The notes: generated by a model from the letters alone, not told the origin. A stretch of 64,000 nucleotides of DNA from a bacterium (GCA_030613005.1 JAUWMV010000004.1:29211-93210); one strand, 5' to 3'; positions 39,183 to 49,582 are shown, numbered from the stretch's first letter. Numbers and translations: made by a program.

Positions 39183-40112
39183 CTAGCGCTTTTCAAGCAA
39201 ACTTTTTATCCTATTAACTAATTCCGAGGACATAACATTGCGGATCGATGATAAATCTGCTACAGCTAAAGAAGAAATAATGGATTTAATGGGATCATTT
39301 TCTTTCTTTAAAACTACTCTGGATAATTCTCGAGATAATGCACTCATGCATTTTTTGAAAAGCTCATCACATTGGGCTTTCTTTTCGTGAAAAACCGAAA
39401 GCACTCTTGTGTGAACAAAGGTTCGTTCGCATTCAGGGCAAATAAAATTCTCAATAATCTCATCTCTGGACAATTTATGCTCACACGGGCACCACTCAGT
39501 TAAATAAGCATTTATCTCATTCGATAAAGCATCGGTGCAAAAAGGTTGCATGGGTTTAATCTTAGAAAAAGTCAAAACTATATCTTGTTTTTCCTTTAAT
39601 TCATCTAAATCATGCTGAATTTTCATCAATTCTGAATTGTGCTTTTCATGAAATGCAAGATATTCTGTAGTATAGTCGTCAAGAAGCATTTCAAATCGAT
39701 ACAAATATTCTGTAATTCGATGCGGTAGAATAAATAGTGATTCTTTAGCTAAATCCTTTAGAGTTTTTGAGATAAACATCAGCTTAATATTTCCAGGAGG
39801 GAGAATCCCTTCCTGAAGTAATTTCGCTGTTTTAAGCAACATTTCCTTTGATTTTATTAAATTATTCCATCCGTCAATTAAAAAGCTTAGTTCAGTTAGC
39901 ATAGAGACCAGCTGTAACTCAGTTGGAGCCTGAGAGTAAAATCTATCCACAGTTTCAAAGGATTTTATATTTGCAATTCGTTTTAACCAAAATTGTATTC
40001 TTTCCGGAAGGTTGTAACCAAAACTGTAAGCAATCTCTTTCAATTCTGCTTCAAGTTTATCTGGTGAACAGGTCATAATATTGTTTATCGGATTGTGAAG
40101 TAGATTATCCAT
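39183..40112 (-). CDS. hypothetical protein with a C-terminal Cys-rich (zinc-finger-like) segment
   Basis: 309 aa. WCPCEHKLSRDEIIENFICPEC motif. No other recognisable domain. Confidence 0.45.
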   Translation of the reverse strand: MDNLLHNPINNIMTCSPDKLEAELKEIAYSFGYNLPERIQFWLKRIANIKSFETVDRFYSQAPTELQLVSMLTELSFLIDGWNNLIKSKEMLLKTAKLLQEGILPPGNIKLMFISKTLKDLAKESLFILPHRITEYLYRFEMLLDDYTTEYLAFHEKHNSELMKIQHDLDELKEKQDIVLTFSKIKPMQPFCTDALSNEINAYLTEWCPCEHKLSRDEIIENFICPECERTFVHTRVLSVFHEKKAQCDELFKKCMSALSRELSRVVLKKENDPIKSIISSLAVADLSSIRNVMSSELVNRIKSLLEKR

Positions 40113-40298
40113 TTGGTTTCTTCCACTCCTATTTGACAGAAATAGATTTATTAACCGTATCGACTACTGAATAATAACTTATATTATTTATTATTCATTT
40201 TATATTTTAATAAATAATAAAGTAAGTTTTTCAAATTACAAGAGTAATAAATTAGAGAATTAAAAACTTTAACTAATCTTAAAAAATTTACGTTATAG

Positions 40299-41423
40299 CT
40301 ACCTTTTGTTATTTTTGGAAGTAATAGCATTTATCCTTATTAACAATTTATTAATAATTTCAGAGTTTGCCACTTTCTCAACTGGTCGATCCTTCTCGAA
40401 TATCAAGGATCGAGTTTTTCCGCATGCAACTCCAATATCAGCGTGAGACGCCTCACCAGGACCATTCACAACACATCCCATAACAGCAATCTCGATAGAA
40501 TGCTCTAAATCTTTAACCTTCTCCCATATTTCCCTCGAGAGTTTAAAAATATCTGCTTCGGCTCTTGCGCATGTAGGACAGCTAATAACTCTCACTCTAT
40601 AATCCCTAAGTCCAAGAAATCTTAATATCTCCCGTCCAACTCTAACTTCCTCCTGTGGTTCTTCCGAAAGCGATACTCGAATAGTATCACCAATCCCTTT
40701 ACTAAGGATCAATCCAAGTCCAAGAGTCGATGCTATAACTCCCTGTCGTCCAAAACCTGATTCAGTAATACCAATATGAAGTGGATACGGAAACTTCTTG
40801 GCATATAATAAATTTGCGTTCAGTGTTAAAATAGGCGAAGAAGACTTTAGAGAGACTATAATGTCCTCAAATCCAATTTCTTTGAATATCTCAATTTCTC
40901 TTTCGACAGCAAGAACCATCGCTTCAGGGGTTGGTTGTCCAAACTTTCTTAAAATTTTCTTCGGTAACGATCCTGCATTAACACCAATTCTAATAGGTAC
41001 AGATCGATCTTTTGCCTCCATAGCAATTATTTTAACATTTTCTGGAGAACCAATATTACCCGGATTGATTCTGAGCTTTGCCACACCAGCCTCGAGAGAT
41101 TTTAGTGCAAGTTTATAATCAAAATGAATATCAGCAATTATTGGTAATGGTGAATTTTTCACAATTTCTCTTAGTGCAAAAGCAGAATCCTCATCTGGAA
41201 TCGATACTCGCATTAAGTCACCGCCCGATATTCGGACATTCTCACACTGCTGTAATACAGACTTAATATCAGTAGTTAGAACCTTGCTCATAGATTGAAC
41301 AGAAATGTCGGAACCACCACCAATAACAACATCGCCTACTCTAATTTTATTAGTTGTATTCCTATTCCACAATTTATTATATCTCCAAAAAACGTTCAGC
41401 CGCATGTTGTGCAGTAGCCCCAT
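40299..41423 (-). CDS. ispG: 4-hydroxy-3-methylbut-2-en-1-yl diphosphate synthase
   Basis: IRVGDVVIGGG...ISVQSM near the N-terminus and ISCPTCARAE...MGCVVNGPGE Fe-S cysteines. The start is uncertain: ATG 41423 would overlap trxB by 47 nt, while a TTG just downstream of the trxB stop gives MWNRNTTNKIRVGD. Confidence 0.8.
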   Translation of the reverse strand: MGLLHNMRLNVFWRYNKLWNRNTTNKIRVGDVVIGGGSDISVQSMSKVLTTDIKSVLQQCENVRISGGDLMRVSIPDEDSAFALREIVKNSPLPIIADIHFDYKLALKSLEAGVAKLRINPGNIGSPENVKIIAMEAKDRSVPIRIGVNAGSLPKKILRKFGQPTPEAMVLAVEREIEIFKEIGFEDIIVSLKSSSPILTLNANLLYAKKFPYPLHIGITESGFGRQGVIASTLGLGLILSKGIGDTIRVSLSEEPQEEVRVGREILRFLGLRDYRVRVISCPTCARAEADIFKLSREIWEKVKDLEHSIEIAVMGCVVNGPGEASHADIGVACGKTRSLIFEKDRPVEKVANSEIINKLLIRINAITSKNNKR

Positions 41424-42354
41424 CTCCTACAGCAGTGGAAACCTGTCGAAGAAATTTCGCTCTGACATCCCCGGCAGCAAAAAGTCCAGCTACATTTGTC
41501 CTCATTTCACAATCCGTAACAATAAATCCTCTTTCATCCCGTTCCAACATATTTTCTGGGATAAATTGTGTGTTTGGTTTCAATCCTACATATACAAAAA
41601 TACCATCCACCTCAAGAATTTTCTTTTCACCAGAAACTCGAGATTTAAGTTCCAGTGCATTAATTACATCTATTCCAATAACTCTAACTGGAACATGAGA
41701 CCAAATTAGTTTAATTTTCTCATTAGAAAATGCTCTCTCTTGCAATATTTTAGCCGCTCTAAGCTTGTCACGTCTGTGAATTAGAAAGACTTTTTTTGCA
41801 AAGCGAGTTAAAAATAAAGCCTCCTCGACAGCAGAATCGCCACCACCAATAACTGACACTACTTTATCCTTATAAAGAGCACCGTCACATGTTGCGCAAA
41901 AAGAAATTCCCTTGCCTATAAATTCCTTTTCGTTTTCTGCACCCATCAATTTGGGGGACGCGCCTGAAGAAATAATAACTGCCTTAGCAGAAGTTTTCGT
42001 TGTGGAAGTTTCCATTTCTATAGTAAATAAATTATTTTCTTTGCTAAGCTTCACAACTTCAGCGTTAAAAATAGAAAGTCCAAAATTCTCAGCCTGACTT
42101 TTAAACGATTGCATCAATTCAAAACCTCCAATAGGCTGCTCAAATCCTGGATAATTCTCAATGTTCTCAGTGTTAATAATCTGTCCACCTGGGATTGGGT
42201 TTTTCTCTATAATAACGGAATTAATTCTTGCCCGAGCTGCATAGATTCCAGCAGTAAGACCTGCCGGACCTGCACCGATTATAACAATATCATAGTTATC
42301 CTTTAATGAGTTACTTGCATCTGTTACAATCCCAATTGTTGGCATTCTCACCAC
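41377..42354 (-). CDS. trxB: thioredoxin-disulfide reductase
   Basis: DIVIIGAGPAGLTAGIYAARA and the redox CATCDGA motif. 325 aa. Confidence 0.85.
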   Translation of the reverse strand: MVRMPTIGIVTDASNSLKDNYDIVIIGAGPAGLTAGIYAARARINSVIIEKNPIPGGQIINTENIENYPGFEQPIGGFELMQSFKSQAENFGLSIFNAEVVKLSKENNLFTIEMETSTTKTSAKAVIISSGASPKLMGAENEKEFIGKGISFCATCDGALYKDKVVSVIGGGDSAVEEALFLTRFAKKVFLIHRRDKLRAAKILQERAFSNEKIKLIWSHVPVRVIGIDVINALELKSRVSGEKKILEVDGIFVYVGLKPNTQFIPENMLERDERGFIVTDCEMRTNVAGLFAAGDVRAKFLRQVSTAVGDGATAQHAAERFLEI

Positions 42355-42489
42355 CTTATATTCTATTAAATAAGATCATACTCAAATTTTTCGATTGAAA
42401 ACATGCTTTTGAATAAGAATTAAGTATTTGTTGGATAGCATTCCTTCAAACAAAATCCTCTTCATGCGCTTAAGATGATTCAATTAATG

Positions 42490-43692
42490 CTATCGCTTTT
42501 TTTTATCGGACAAAGCAGCAATGCCGGGAAGGTCCAAATTTTTCATAAATTCTAATGAAGCACCGCCACCAGTAGATACATGAGTCATTTGACCATCAAG
42601 TTTAAATTTATGTACTGCAGCTGCCGAATCACCGCCACCTATAATCGCTATACCTCCATTATTTTTCACTTCAGTCATCGCTGAAAGGATAGCTCTTGTG
42701 CCCTCAGAAAACTTATCTATTTCAAAAACCCCAAGAGGTCCATTAATAAAAACTGTTTTTGCTTTACTAATCTCATCCATATAAAGCTGAATAGTCGCTT
42801 GCCCTATATCTACACCAATCCAGTCTGGTGGCATATGATCGTATCCAACTGTTTTAACTTGTGAATCCTGATTTATTTCCTTTGCAACCATAATATCCAC
42901 AGGTAAAAGCATTCTTCCCTTGAGTTTCTCCGACATCTCAAATATATCAATAGCAACATTAAAACTATCGGGTTCAAATACCGATTTTCCAATTTCCATA
43001 CCCCACGACGCAAAAAAAGTGAAAGTCATCCCACCGCCTATAAGCAATCGGTCGACTCTTTGCAAAAGGTTCTTTAAAACTGTAATTTTGGAGGATACTT
43101 TTGAACCACCTACAATAGCCACAAAAGGAACTGGTGGACTATCGAATAAGATGCTTAGATTCTTTATCTCCTTAACAAGTTGATATCCAGCCACAGCAGG
43201 ATTTAAAAACTTTGGAACACCAACAATTGAAGCATGGTGTCTATGACATGCTGAGAATGCATCGTTGACAAAAACTTCCCCGTTTTTTGATAATTCCCTT
43301 GCGAATTTGGGATCATTATCCATTTCCTCTTTGTGAAAGCGGACATTCTCAAGAAAAACAATCTGGCCTTTTTTCATATTTCTTGTATATTTCAAAGTTT
43401 CTGGACCCACACAATCGGGCAGGAAATCCACTTTTTGATTTAATAATTCAGAAAGTCTCTTCGCAACTGGTTTAAGAGAATATTCGGGAACAACTTTACC
43501 GTTGGGTCTTCTTAGGTTAGAGATTATAACAATGGAATTATTATTCTTTAGCAATTTCTTAATTGTAGGAAGAGTAAAACTAATACGCATGTCATCGGTT
43601 ATTACACCATTTTCCATAGGTACATTGAAGTCGACACGCAAAAGAACTCGTTTGTTTTCAATCTTCAAATCCTTAATTGTCATTTTATGCAT
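42490..43692 (-). CDS. pgk: phosphoglycerate kinase
   Basis: RVDFNVP, hinge and C-terminal ATP-binding motifs. Start taken at the ATG 7 nt after GGAGG (MHKMTIKDLK). The longer ORF begins at 43716. Confidence 0.9.
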   Translation of the reverse strand: MHKMTIKDLKIENKRVLLRVDFNVPMENGVITDDMRISFTLPTIKKLLKNNNSIVIISNLRRPNGKVVPEYSLKPVAKRLSELLNQKVDFLPDCVGPETLKYTRNMKKGQIVFLENVRFHKEEMDNDPKFARELSKNGEVFVNDAFSACHRHHASIVGVPKFLNPAVAGYQLVKEIKNLSILFDSPPVPFVAIVGGSKVSSKITVLKNLLQRVDRLLIGGGMTFTFFASWGMEIGKSVFEPDSFNVAIDIFEMSEKLKGRMLLPVDIMVAKEINQDSQVKTVGYDHMPPDWIGVDIGQATIQLYMDEISKAKTVFINGPLGVFEIDKFSEGTRAILSAMTEVKNNGGIAIIGGGDSAAAVHKFKLDGQMTHVSTGGGASLEFMKNLDLPGIAALSDKKKR

Positions 43693-43914
43693 TTCAATGC
43701 CTCCAGGCTCGAGCAACGCTGATTCAAACTAAAATTCCTCATTTTTAAAATATCTCCCTTTAAATTAATTAGGAAAAATATTCAACTCTTTTCTCATATT
43801 TAAAATTCCTAAACTTTTTCTTAATCCAAACGATAAGAGTAAACACGAAATTATAATATGAAAAGAAATTACATGAAAATATCCGTCAATTTCTACTTCG
43901 CAAATAATTTTTTT

Positions 43915-44928
43915 CTATATCATTATTTGGAGCATATCTACCATTCTATTTGAAAAACCGTATTCATTATCATACCAAGTTAGAATCTTAATCATATTGC
44001 TTTTTTTACCCATAACCATTGTAGCAAGAGAATCGAAGATGGAAGAATGAGAATTACCAACTATATCAATGGAAACAATAGGATCTTCTATATATTGAAT
44101 TATTCCCTTCATCGAATTCTGAGATGCCTTTTTAAAAACATCGTTAATTTCATCAACTGTCACTTCTTTGCTAAGGTTAGCAACTAAATCGATCACAGAA
44201 CCGTCAGGGGTGGGAACACGAATAGCCATTCCATCAAATCTCCCTTTAAGCTCTGGAATTACAAGAGAAATTGCCTTAGCTGCTCCTGTAGTCGTTGGAA
44301 TAATTGACATTCCAGCAGCTCTTGCTCTTCTGAGGTCTTTATGAGGAAGATCCAGTATTTTTTGATCGTTTGTGTATGCATGTATAGTTGTCATGAAAGC
44401 TTTCTCAATACCGAAATTATCCCACAATATTTTTGTTACAGGAGCAAGTCCATTTGTAGTGCATGAACCGATAGAAATAATATTGTGCTTTTCGGGATCA
44501 TAATCCTTTTCGTTAACACCGATAACAAATGTCCCGTCGGGATCGATCGCGGGTGCAGATATTAGAACTTTTTTCGCACCAGCATCAAGATGCAATGCTG
44601 CTTTCATACGTTGTCTAAAAAGACCCGTAGATTCCACAACGATATCTACATCAAATTTTTTCCACGGAAGAAGAGCAGGATTTCTCTCGGCAAAAACGGG
44701 AATCTCCCTACTATCAATAATAATCGAGTTGTCAGAATATTCAATCCCATGATTCCAAATCCCGTGCACAGAATCATACTTTAATAAATATGCCAAAGTT
44801 TTGGGAGTAGTAATATCGTTAATAGTAACGAACTCAAGTTGAGGATTATCCCAGCCTATTCTGAAAACCATTCTTCCAATTCTACCAAAACCATTAATAG
44901 CAATTCTTGTTGCCACTTTATCCTCCAT
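43915..44928 (-). CDS. gap: glyceraldehyde-3-phosphate dehydrogenase
   Basis: INGFGRIGR NAD-binding motif and the catalytic SCTTN. 337 aa. Confidence 0.9.
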   Translation of the reverse strand: MEDKVATRIAINGFGRIGRMVFRIGWDNPQLEFVTINDITTPKTLAYLLKYDSVHGIWNHGIEYSDNSIIIDSREIPVFAERNPALLPWKKFDVDIVVESTGLFRQRMKAALHLDAGAKKVLISAPAIDPDGTFVIGVNEKDYDPEKHNIISIGSCTTNGLAPVTKILWDNFGIEKAFMTTIHAYTNDQKILDLPHKDLRRARAAGMSIIPTTTGAAKAISLVIPELKGRFDGMAIRVPTPDGSVIDLVANLSKEVTVDEINDVFKKASQNSMKGIIQYIEDPIVSIDIVGNSHSSIFDSLATMVMGKKSNMIKILTWYDNEYGFSNRMVDMLQIMI

Positions 44929-45182
44929 TTATTTTTAAAATTCTTAATTAGAGAAAGTAACTTTTTAAAACACAATCAATAATAGTTTATGGCTAATAAA
45001 AAAATACAAGCTAAAATTTGGGTCAATTTCGAATAATTAAATAAAGTAAGACATTTCAATTTTACACGTCAAGAACAAAAATATAACACCTGTTATGAAA
45101 CATCCTAAATATTTCATTTCCATTGACATCGGAGTTTAAAACTATTTTTTGTTTAAGGTTTTATTCTTTTAAATAAAAATAT

Positions 45183-45210
45183 TTGACAAAACAACTGTTT
45201 GAATTATAAT
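45183..45210 (+). promoter_or_regulatory. sigma-70-like promoter for rpsP (TTGACA-N16-TATAAT)
   Basis: Perfect hexamers TTGACA (45183-45188) and TATAAT (45205-45210), about 30 nt upstream of the rpsP TTG start. Confidence 0.4.
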
Positions 45211-45241
45211 TCGTACTGCAAATAAGTTAAAGGAGGAAAAT

Positions 45242-45574
45242 TTGGCTGTAAGTATCAGATTCAGAAGAGAAGGCAGAAAACACAGAGCGTTCTTTAGAAT
45301 GGTAGCTGCTGATTCACGTTCACCCCGAGATGGAAAATTTTTAGAAATCTTAGGATACTATGATCCACTACCTACACCTGAAGTTGTCAGTTGTAAGAAG
45401 GATAGATTAATTTACTGGTTATCAAAAGGAGCCAAACCTACGCAAAGTGTTAAATCTATACTATCTAGAAAGGGAATTTGGAAAGAAATAGTAGATGAAA
45501 TTAATATATCAAAGAAAAAGGAATCAGCTGTTGTTTCGGCGGCTCAATCGGAGTCGGAATCACTTAATGAATAA
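45242..45574 (+). CDS. rpsP: 30S ribosomal protein S16
   Basis: TTG start 5 nt after [48 protein letters not shown]. Confidence 0.9.
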   Translation: MAVSIRFRREGRKHRAFFRMVAADSRSPRDGKFLEILGYYDPLPTPEVVSCKKDRLIYWLSKGAKPTQSVKSILSRKGIWKEIVDEINISKKKESAVVSAAQSESESLNE

Positions 45575-45585
45575 GGAGGTTGATC

Positions 45586-45840
45586 ATGACAAATCTCAAG
45601 GAATTCGTGGAAATTATCGCCAAAGCACTTGTAGATAATCCATCACTTGTGGAGGTTCGAGAGATCTCAGGCGAGAGAACCACTGTATTTGAGCTTAGAG
45701 TGGGAGAAGGTGATCTAGGAAAGGTCATTGGTAAGGGGGGTCAAACTGCCCGAGCCATTCGAACATTACTAAACGCCATAGCTGCTAAACAGGGGAAACG
45801 TTCTGTACTTGAAATTATTGAGCCTAATCCTACTCCTTAA
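45586..45840 (+). CDS. KH-domain RNA-binding protein (YlqC/UPF0109 family)
   Basis: ATG 5 nt after AGGAGG. The KH core is [16 protein letters not shown]. It sits in the usual position after rpsP. Confidence 0.75.
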   Translation: MTNLKEFVEIIAKALVDNPSLVEVREISGERTTVFELRVGEGDLGKVIGKGGQTARAIRTLLNAIAAKQGKRSVLEIIEPNPTP

Positions 45841-45861
45841 TTCTCCTTTAATATCGAAACA

Positions 45862-45896
45862 AAGGGCGGTTTCATCCGCCCTTTTAACCTTTTTTA
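45862..45896. terminator. Rho-independent terminator between convergent genes
   Basis: AAGGGCGG-tttcat-CCGCCCTT hairpin followed by TTAACCTTTTTT, between the KH gene (+) and the radical SAM gene (-). Confidence 0.55.
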
Positions 45897-45918
45897 CAAA
45901 TCAAGAATTCATAATCAA

Positions 45919-47340
45919 TTAAACATCCCATCCGTTTGCTCGACAATTCCTAAGAAAGTATGATGTCGATTTGCAATTAACCAAAACATTAGCAATATCT
46001 TTACCACCACAGGATAAAACCCATTGTGCGCGACTTTTTCTTTTATAATTGATATCCAACCTAAGATTGGGAATGTTTCTAAGTCCGATTTTTATTAATT
46101 TAAATCTTTTAGTCAATTCATCATGCGGCATCATCGGACAATTCTGCAATAGCGTGTTCCTCTTGGGAACAAACGCGTTAACAGAAATTGTAAATTTCTT
46201 TTTTGGAAGTGATTTTGTTACAAAAGTAATTTCTTCAATAGTTTCTTGGACATCTTCGAGACTTTCACTTGGCAATCCTATTATATAGTAAAGTTTAATA
46301 GTCGATGCAGGAAGCTGCGAAGAAACTTTTATTATATCTTCTGGAGTAATAATTTTCCCTAATTCGGCTTTTAGTCTTTGCGCACCAGTTTCCGGTGCAA
46401 AAGTTATCGTTCTGTGTTTTGAAAGCTTCAATACATTTAAACACTGTGAATTCAATCTATCGATTCGAATGGATGAAGTGTAAATTTCCGAATCGCTGAG
46501 ATATTCAAACAATTTCGTCAGTTGTGGATAATCCGCGATAGCAGAGCCGATCAATCCTATACGTTTTGGAAATTTTTCCCATCGATGGAGCTGCTTTAAA
46601 ACCGAATCTGCGGAATAATTATAGAAAGGATTAAATGTCACTGGAGTCGCACAAAATGGGCAATTTGATGCACAACCTCGTTGGATCTGTACTAAAACTA
46701 TATTTGGGAACGATGCAAAACTTGACAATATTGTTGTGACAGGTGGGATATTAACATTAGATAATGCTTTTTCAGGAGGTTTATCCTGTAATTCGGGAAC
46801 CCAGAGTCCGGGAATGAGAGAAAGCTCTTTAAGAATTATGGATTTATCAGTAAAACCGGGTGGATTACTACTGAGAACTCCAATGATATTTTCAATACAA
46901 TCCCCTCCCTCACCAATAAAAATTGCATCCGCAATCAACGATATCGGATATGGATTAATAGATGGTGCAGCACCACCTGCAATAACAATCCGATCTCTAT
47001 GACGATGCTTTCTATTAGGTGCAATCCCATAGTATTTAAACATTTTAAGCATATTGAAATAGTCCAATTCATACGATAACGAAACCATTATTAATTGGAA
47101 TGAACTTAGCGGTTTTTTCTCTTCAAGCGAGCCGCTCTTAAGGTTTGCGAAAAAACGTTGTGGATAAAAGATTTGGAAATTATGCATTTTCTCGAAAAGT
47201 GTTTGAAATCCGAGATTAGACATTGCAGCAGAATAATCAGATGGGAAAACCGCTGCACACCTAATCTTCCATCCTGTGCTTTTATATGACAAAAGTGAAA
47301 TTTCGGATTGAAGGAGTTCTTTAGGAGTTCTGGGTTTCAT
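45919..47340 (-). CDS. radical SAM protein (B12-binding-domain-type N-terminus)
   Basis: CX3CX2C motif in QIQRGCASNCPFCATP. 473 aa. Confidence 0.6.
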   Translation of the reverse strand: MKPRTPKELLQSEISLLSYKSTGWKIRCAAVFPSDYSAAMSNLGFQTLFEKMHNFQIFYPQRFFANLKSGSLEEKKPLSSFQLIMVSLSYELDYFNMLKMFKYYGIAPNRKHRHRDRIVIAGGAAPSINPYPISLIADAIFIGEGGDCIENIIGVLSSNPPGFTDKSIILKELSLIPGLWVPELQDKPPEKALSNVNIPPVTTILSSFASFPNIVLVQIQRGCASNCPFCATPVTFNPFYNYSADSVLKQLHRWEKFPKRIGLIGSAIADYPQLTKLFEYLSDSEIYTSSIRIDRLNSQCLNVLKLSKHRTITFAPETGAQRLKAELGKIITPEDIIKVSSQLPASTIKLYYIIGLPSESLEDVQETIEEITFVTKSLPKKKFTISVNAFVPKRNTLLQNCPMMPHDELTKRFKLIKIGLRNIPNLRLDINYKRKSRAQWVLSCGGKDIANVLVNCKSTSYFLRNCRANGWDV

Positions 47341-47343
47341 AGC

Positions 47344-48414
47344 TCAATCCCTATTATACCATACAATAAGAATCCCTGCTGTGAAAAATATTATATCTCC
47401 AGAAAAAGCGCCTAACCACGGAGAAAGTCTCCCATTATAACCCATTGCTTGCCCTGCTCTTAATGCCGCTAAATAAATAAATGCGATAAAAAAACTCTGT
47501 CCAAAACCAACAAGATAATTTGTACGTCGCAGTTTTAGTGAAAGTGATAAACCCCATAGCAAAATTATAAAATTCACGAACGGATATGAAATTTTCATCC
47601 ATAGGTCTGTCTTCTCCCTAATAGGCTTCATACCTGACCTCTCTATCTTTGATATTAATTTCCTAAGCTGAATGAATCCTAATTCGTCAGGTCTAGGTAT
47701 TTTTCGTGCGAAATCCTGGGGTGTATCTTTAATATCGATCTCATAGCTGTCCAACCGCTGAATTTTCTCACCCAACTCATTGAAATTCCGAATTATACAA
47801 TTTTCAACAATCCATCTTTCGGCAGACCATTTCATCTTTTTTGTATCTAAACGCATCTTAAGATTATCGTCTTCAAACCTTAGCATAATCACATCAAAAC
47901 CAATTCCTCTATGGGAATCAAAACTTCGAAAATAAAAGACTGAACCATTATCCGAAATGTAGTATAAATCATTAATTATTCTTCGACTACCTCTTCTACG
48001 ATATATCTTCTCTTGCTTAATATTATCTCTCTTACTGTTTGATATGGGTAACACGAACTCACCGATTAAGAATGCTGCAACACTAATTATAAGTCCAAGA
48101 ACGTAAATTGTTCTGCCAATCCTTATAGATGGAATGCCCGAGGATTTCAGAGCGACAATTTCAAGGCTTTTTGACATACTCGATGCTAAAAAACTTGCAC
48201 CTAGCAACGTAGCGACAGGAAAAACTAAAACAATAATGTACGGCAAATAATAAATGTAAAACCACACAACATCGGATGCATTAGCTTTCCTGTCAACATA
48301 CCTATCAAGGTTTTCTACAATATCTACAATAAGAAATACCAATACAAATGCAGCCAGAGCAACAAAAAAATACATGAAAAATCTTCTAATTAAGTACCAA
48401 TCCAATACTTTCAT
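47344..48414 (-). CDS. LptF/LptG-family LPS export permease
   Basis: YjgP/YjgQ-type N-terminus MKVLDWYLIRRFFMYFFVALAAFVLVFLIVDIVENLDRYVD. Six predicted transmembrane segments with a periplasmic beta-jellyroll segment. Confidence 0.7.
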   Translation of the reverse strand: MKVLDWYLIRRFFMYFFVALAAFVLVFLIVDIVENLDRYVDRKANASDVVWFYIYYLPYIIVLVFPVATLLGASFLASSMSKSLEIVALKSSGIPSIRIGRTIYVLGLIISVAAFLIGEFVLPISNSKRDNIKQEKIYRRRGSRRIINDLYYISDNGSVFYFRSFDSHRGIGFDVIMLRFEDDNLKMRLDTKKMKWSAERWIVENCIIRNFNELGEKIQRLDSYEIDIKDTPQDFARKIPRPDELGFIQLRKLISKIERSGMKPIREKTDLWMKISYPFVNFIILLWGLSLSLKLRRTNYLVGFGQSFFIAFIYLAALRAGQAMGYNGRLSPWLGAFSGDIIFFTAGILIVWYNRD

Positions 48415-48482
48415 GAATATACTTCAATCCTTAATTTTTATTAATGTGAAACAAAATATTACCTCAAAATACAATCCTAACC

Positions 48483-48508
48483 AAAAAAGGGGGTATTCCC
48501 CCCTTTAA
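48483..48508 (-). terminator. Rho-independent terminator after rplQ (end of the alpha-operon block)
   Basis: On the minus strand, AAAGGGGGG-aata-CCCCCTTT followed by TTTTTTGG, roughly 95 nt downstream of the L17 stop. Confidence 0.55.
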
Positions 48509-48601
48509 TTCCAAAGCTTTCTTAGAAAAAAACGATATTAATTCTTTCACTTCTCAAATCGATAATTTATAAAACAGAATTAGAAAAGAAACAATTTGAA
48601 A

Positions 48602-49582
48602 TTATTCTTTCTCAGCCTGAGAGTTTTCTTCACGAGTTTTTTCTTTTACATCGTCCTTTTCTTCAACTTCTTCTTCAGCTTCTTTTCCAACCTTTTCCTT
48701 ATATTTATCCGGTTCTAAATTTTCTGCGTCCTTTGTATTATCAGAAGGTTTAACAGATTCCTTAGCTTCAGTATATTCATCAGATTTAGTAACAGCACTT
48801 TCTTTTATTGTAAATACTTCTTTTTCATCTTCAATAACGGCTTTTTCAGGCTTTTTAATCTCTTCATCTATCTTAACTTCAACCTTCTCTTCAACCTTCT
48901 TCTTTCCGTCCTCCTCAACAGTAACCTTAATCTCTTCAACAACTTTCTGTTCAGTAACTTCCTCGACTTCCTCTTTAATCTCTTCTTGAATAGCTTCCTC
49001 GAGTTTTTCCTTTACAACCGTCTCGGCTTCTTCATCACGAATTTCTTGCTTAATATCTTCCGTAGCCTCGAGTTCCTGTACTGTAAGTTCTTCTTCCATA
49101 ACGATCTCTTCCTCAATGGGTTCTTTCGAAACTCTCTTAGTCGGCTTTTTACGTTTAGAAACTTCTATAACATCGTGTTCAATTTTACCTTTAGTACGTT
49201 TTTTACGTTTCTTCCCCTCAATCTCTTCAACTAGAAGCTGTAACAAAACAATTTTAGCTCCATCCCCTTTGCGCCATCCAATGTTGTAAACTGCTGTGTA
49301 ACCACCTGGGGATCTGTTTGAGAAATCATCCTGTCCAAGCTTAATAACTTTATGCGCAACATCACGATTCTTGATATAAGAAATTATTCTTCTCTTATCC
49401 GCCAGTGTTCCTGAAATAGAATATGTAATCAATCTATCTGCAACTTTACGAGCTGCTTTTGCTTTTGCTACAGTGGTTTGCACAGAATATTTTTCAAAAA
49501 GTGATGTAACAATGTTTCTAAGCATCGCTTTTCTGTGATCCGCTGGACGTGAAAGTTTGTCAATTCTTTTTCTGTGTCGCAT
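48602..49582 (-). CDS. rplQ: 50S ribosomal protein L17 with a roughly 200-aa Glu/Lys-rich C-terminal extension
   Basis: The N-terminal 125 aa are canonical L17 (MRHRKRIDKLSRPADHRKAMLRN...GGYTAVYNIGWRKGDGAKIVLLQL). The ORF then continues in frame through a long low-complexity E/K/V tail. Confidence 0.85.
   Translation of the reverse strand: MRHRKRIDKLSRPADHRKAMLRNIVTSLFEKYSVQTTVAKAKAARKVADRLITYSISGTLADKRRIISYIKNRDVAHKVIKLGQDDFSNRSPGGYTAVYNIGWRKGDGAKIVLLQLLVEEIEGKKRKKRTKGKIEHDVIEVSKRKKPTKRVSKEPIEEEIVMEEELTVQELEATEDIKQEIRDEEAETVVKEKLEEAIQEEIKEEVEEVTEQKVVEEIKVTVEEDGKKKVEEKVEVKIDEEIKKPEKAVIEDEKEVFTIKESAVTKSDEYTEAKESVKPSDNTKDAENLEPDKYKEKVGKEAEEEVEEKDDVKEKTREENSQAEKE

Noticed and set aside
41305-41709. 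ORFs 41305..41709 and 41354..41698 (+)
   Set aside because: Antisense within trxB, which has unambiguous redox-active motifs.
48986-49234. 82-aa plus-strand ORF inside the L17 tail region
   Set aside because: It is the antisense reading of the GAA/AAG-rich repeat DNA and gives a poly-Phe/Leu low-complexity artefact.
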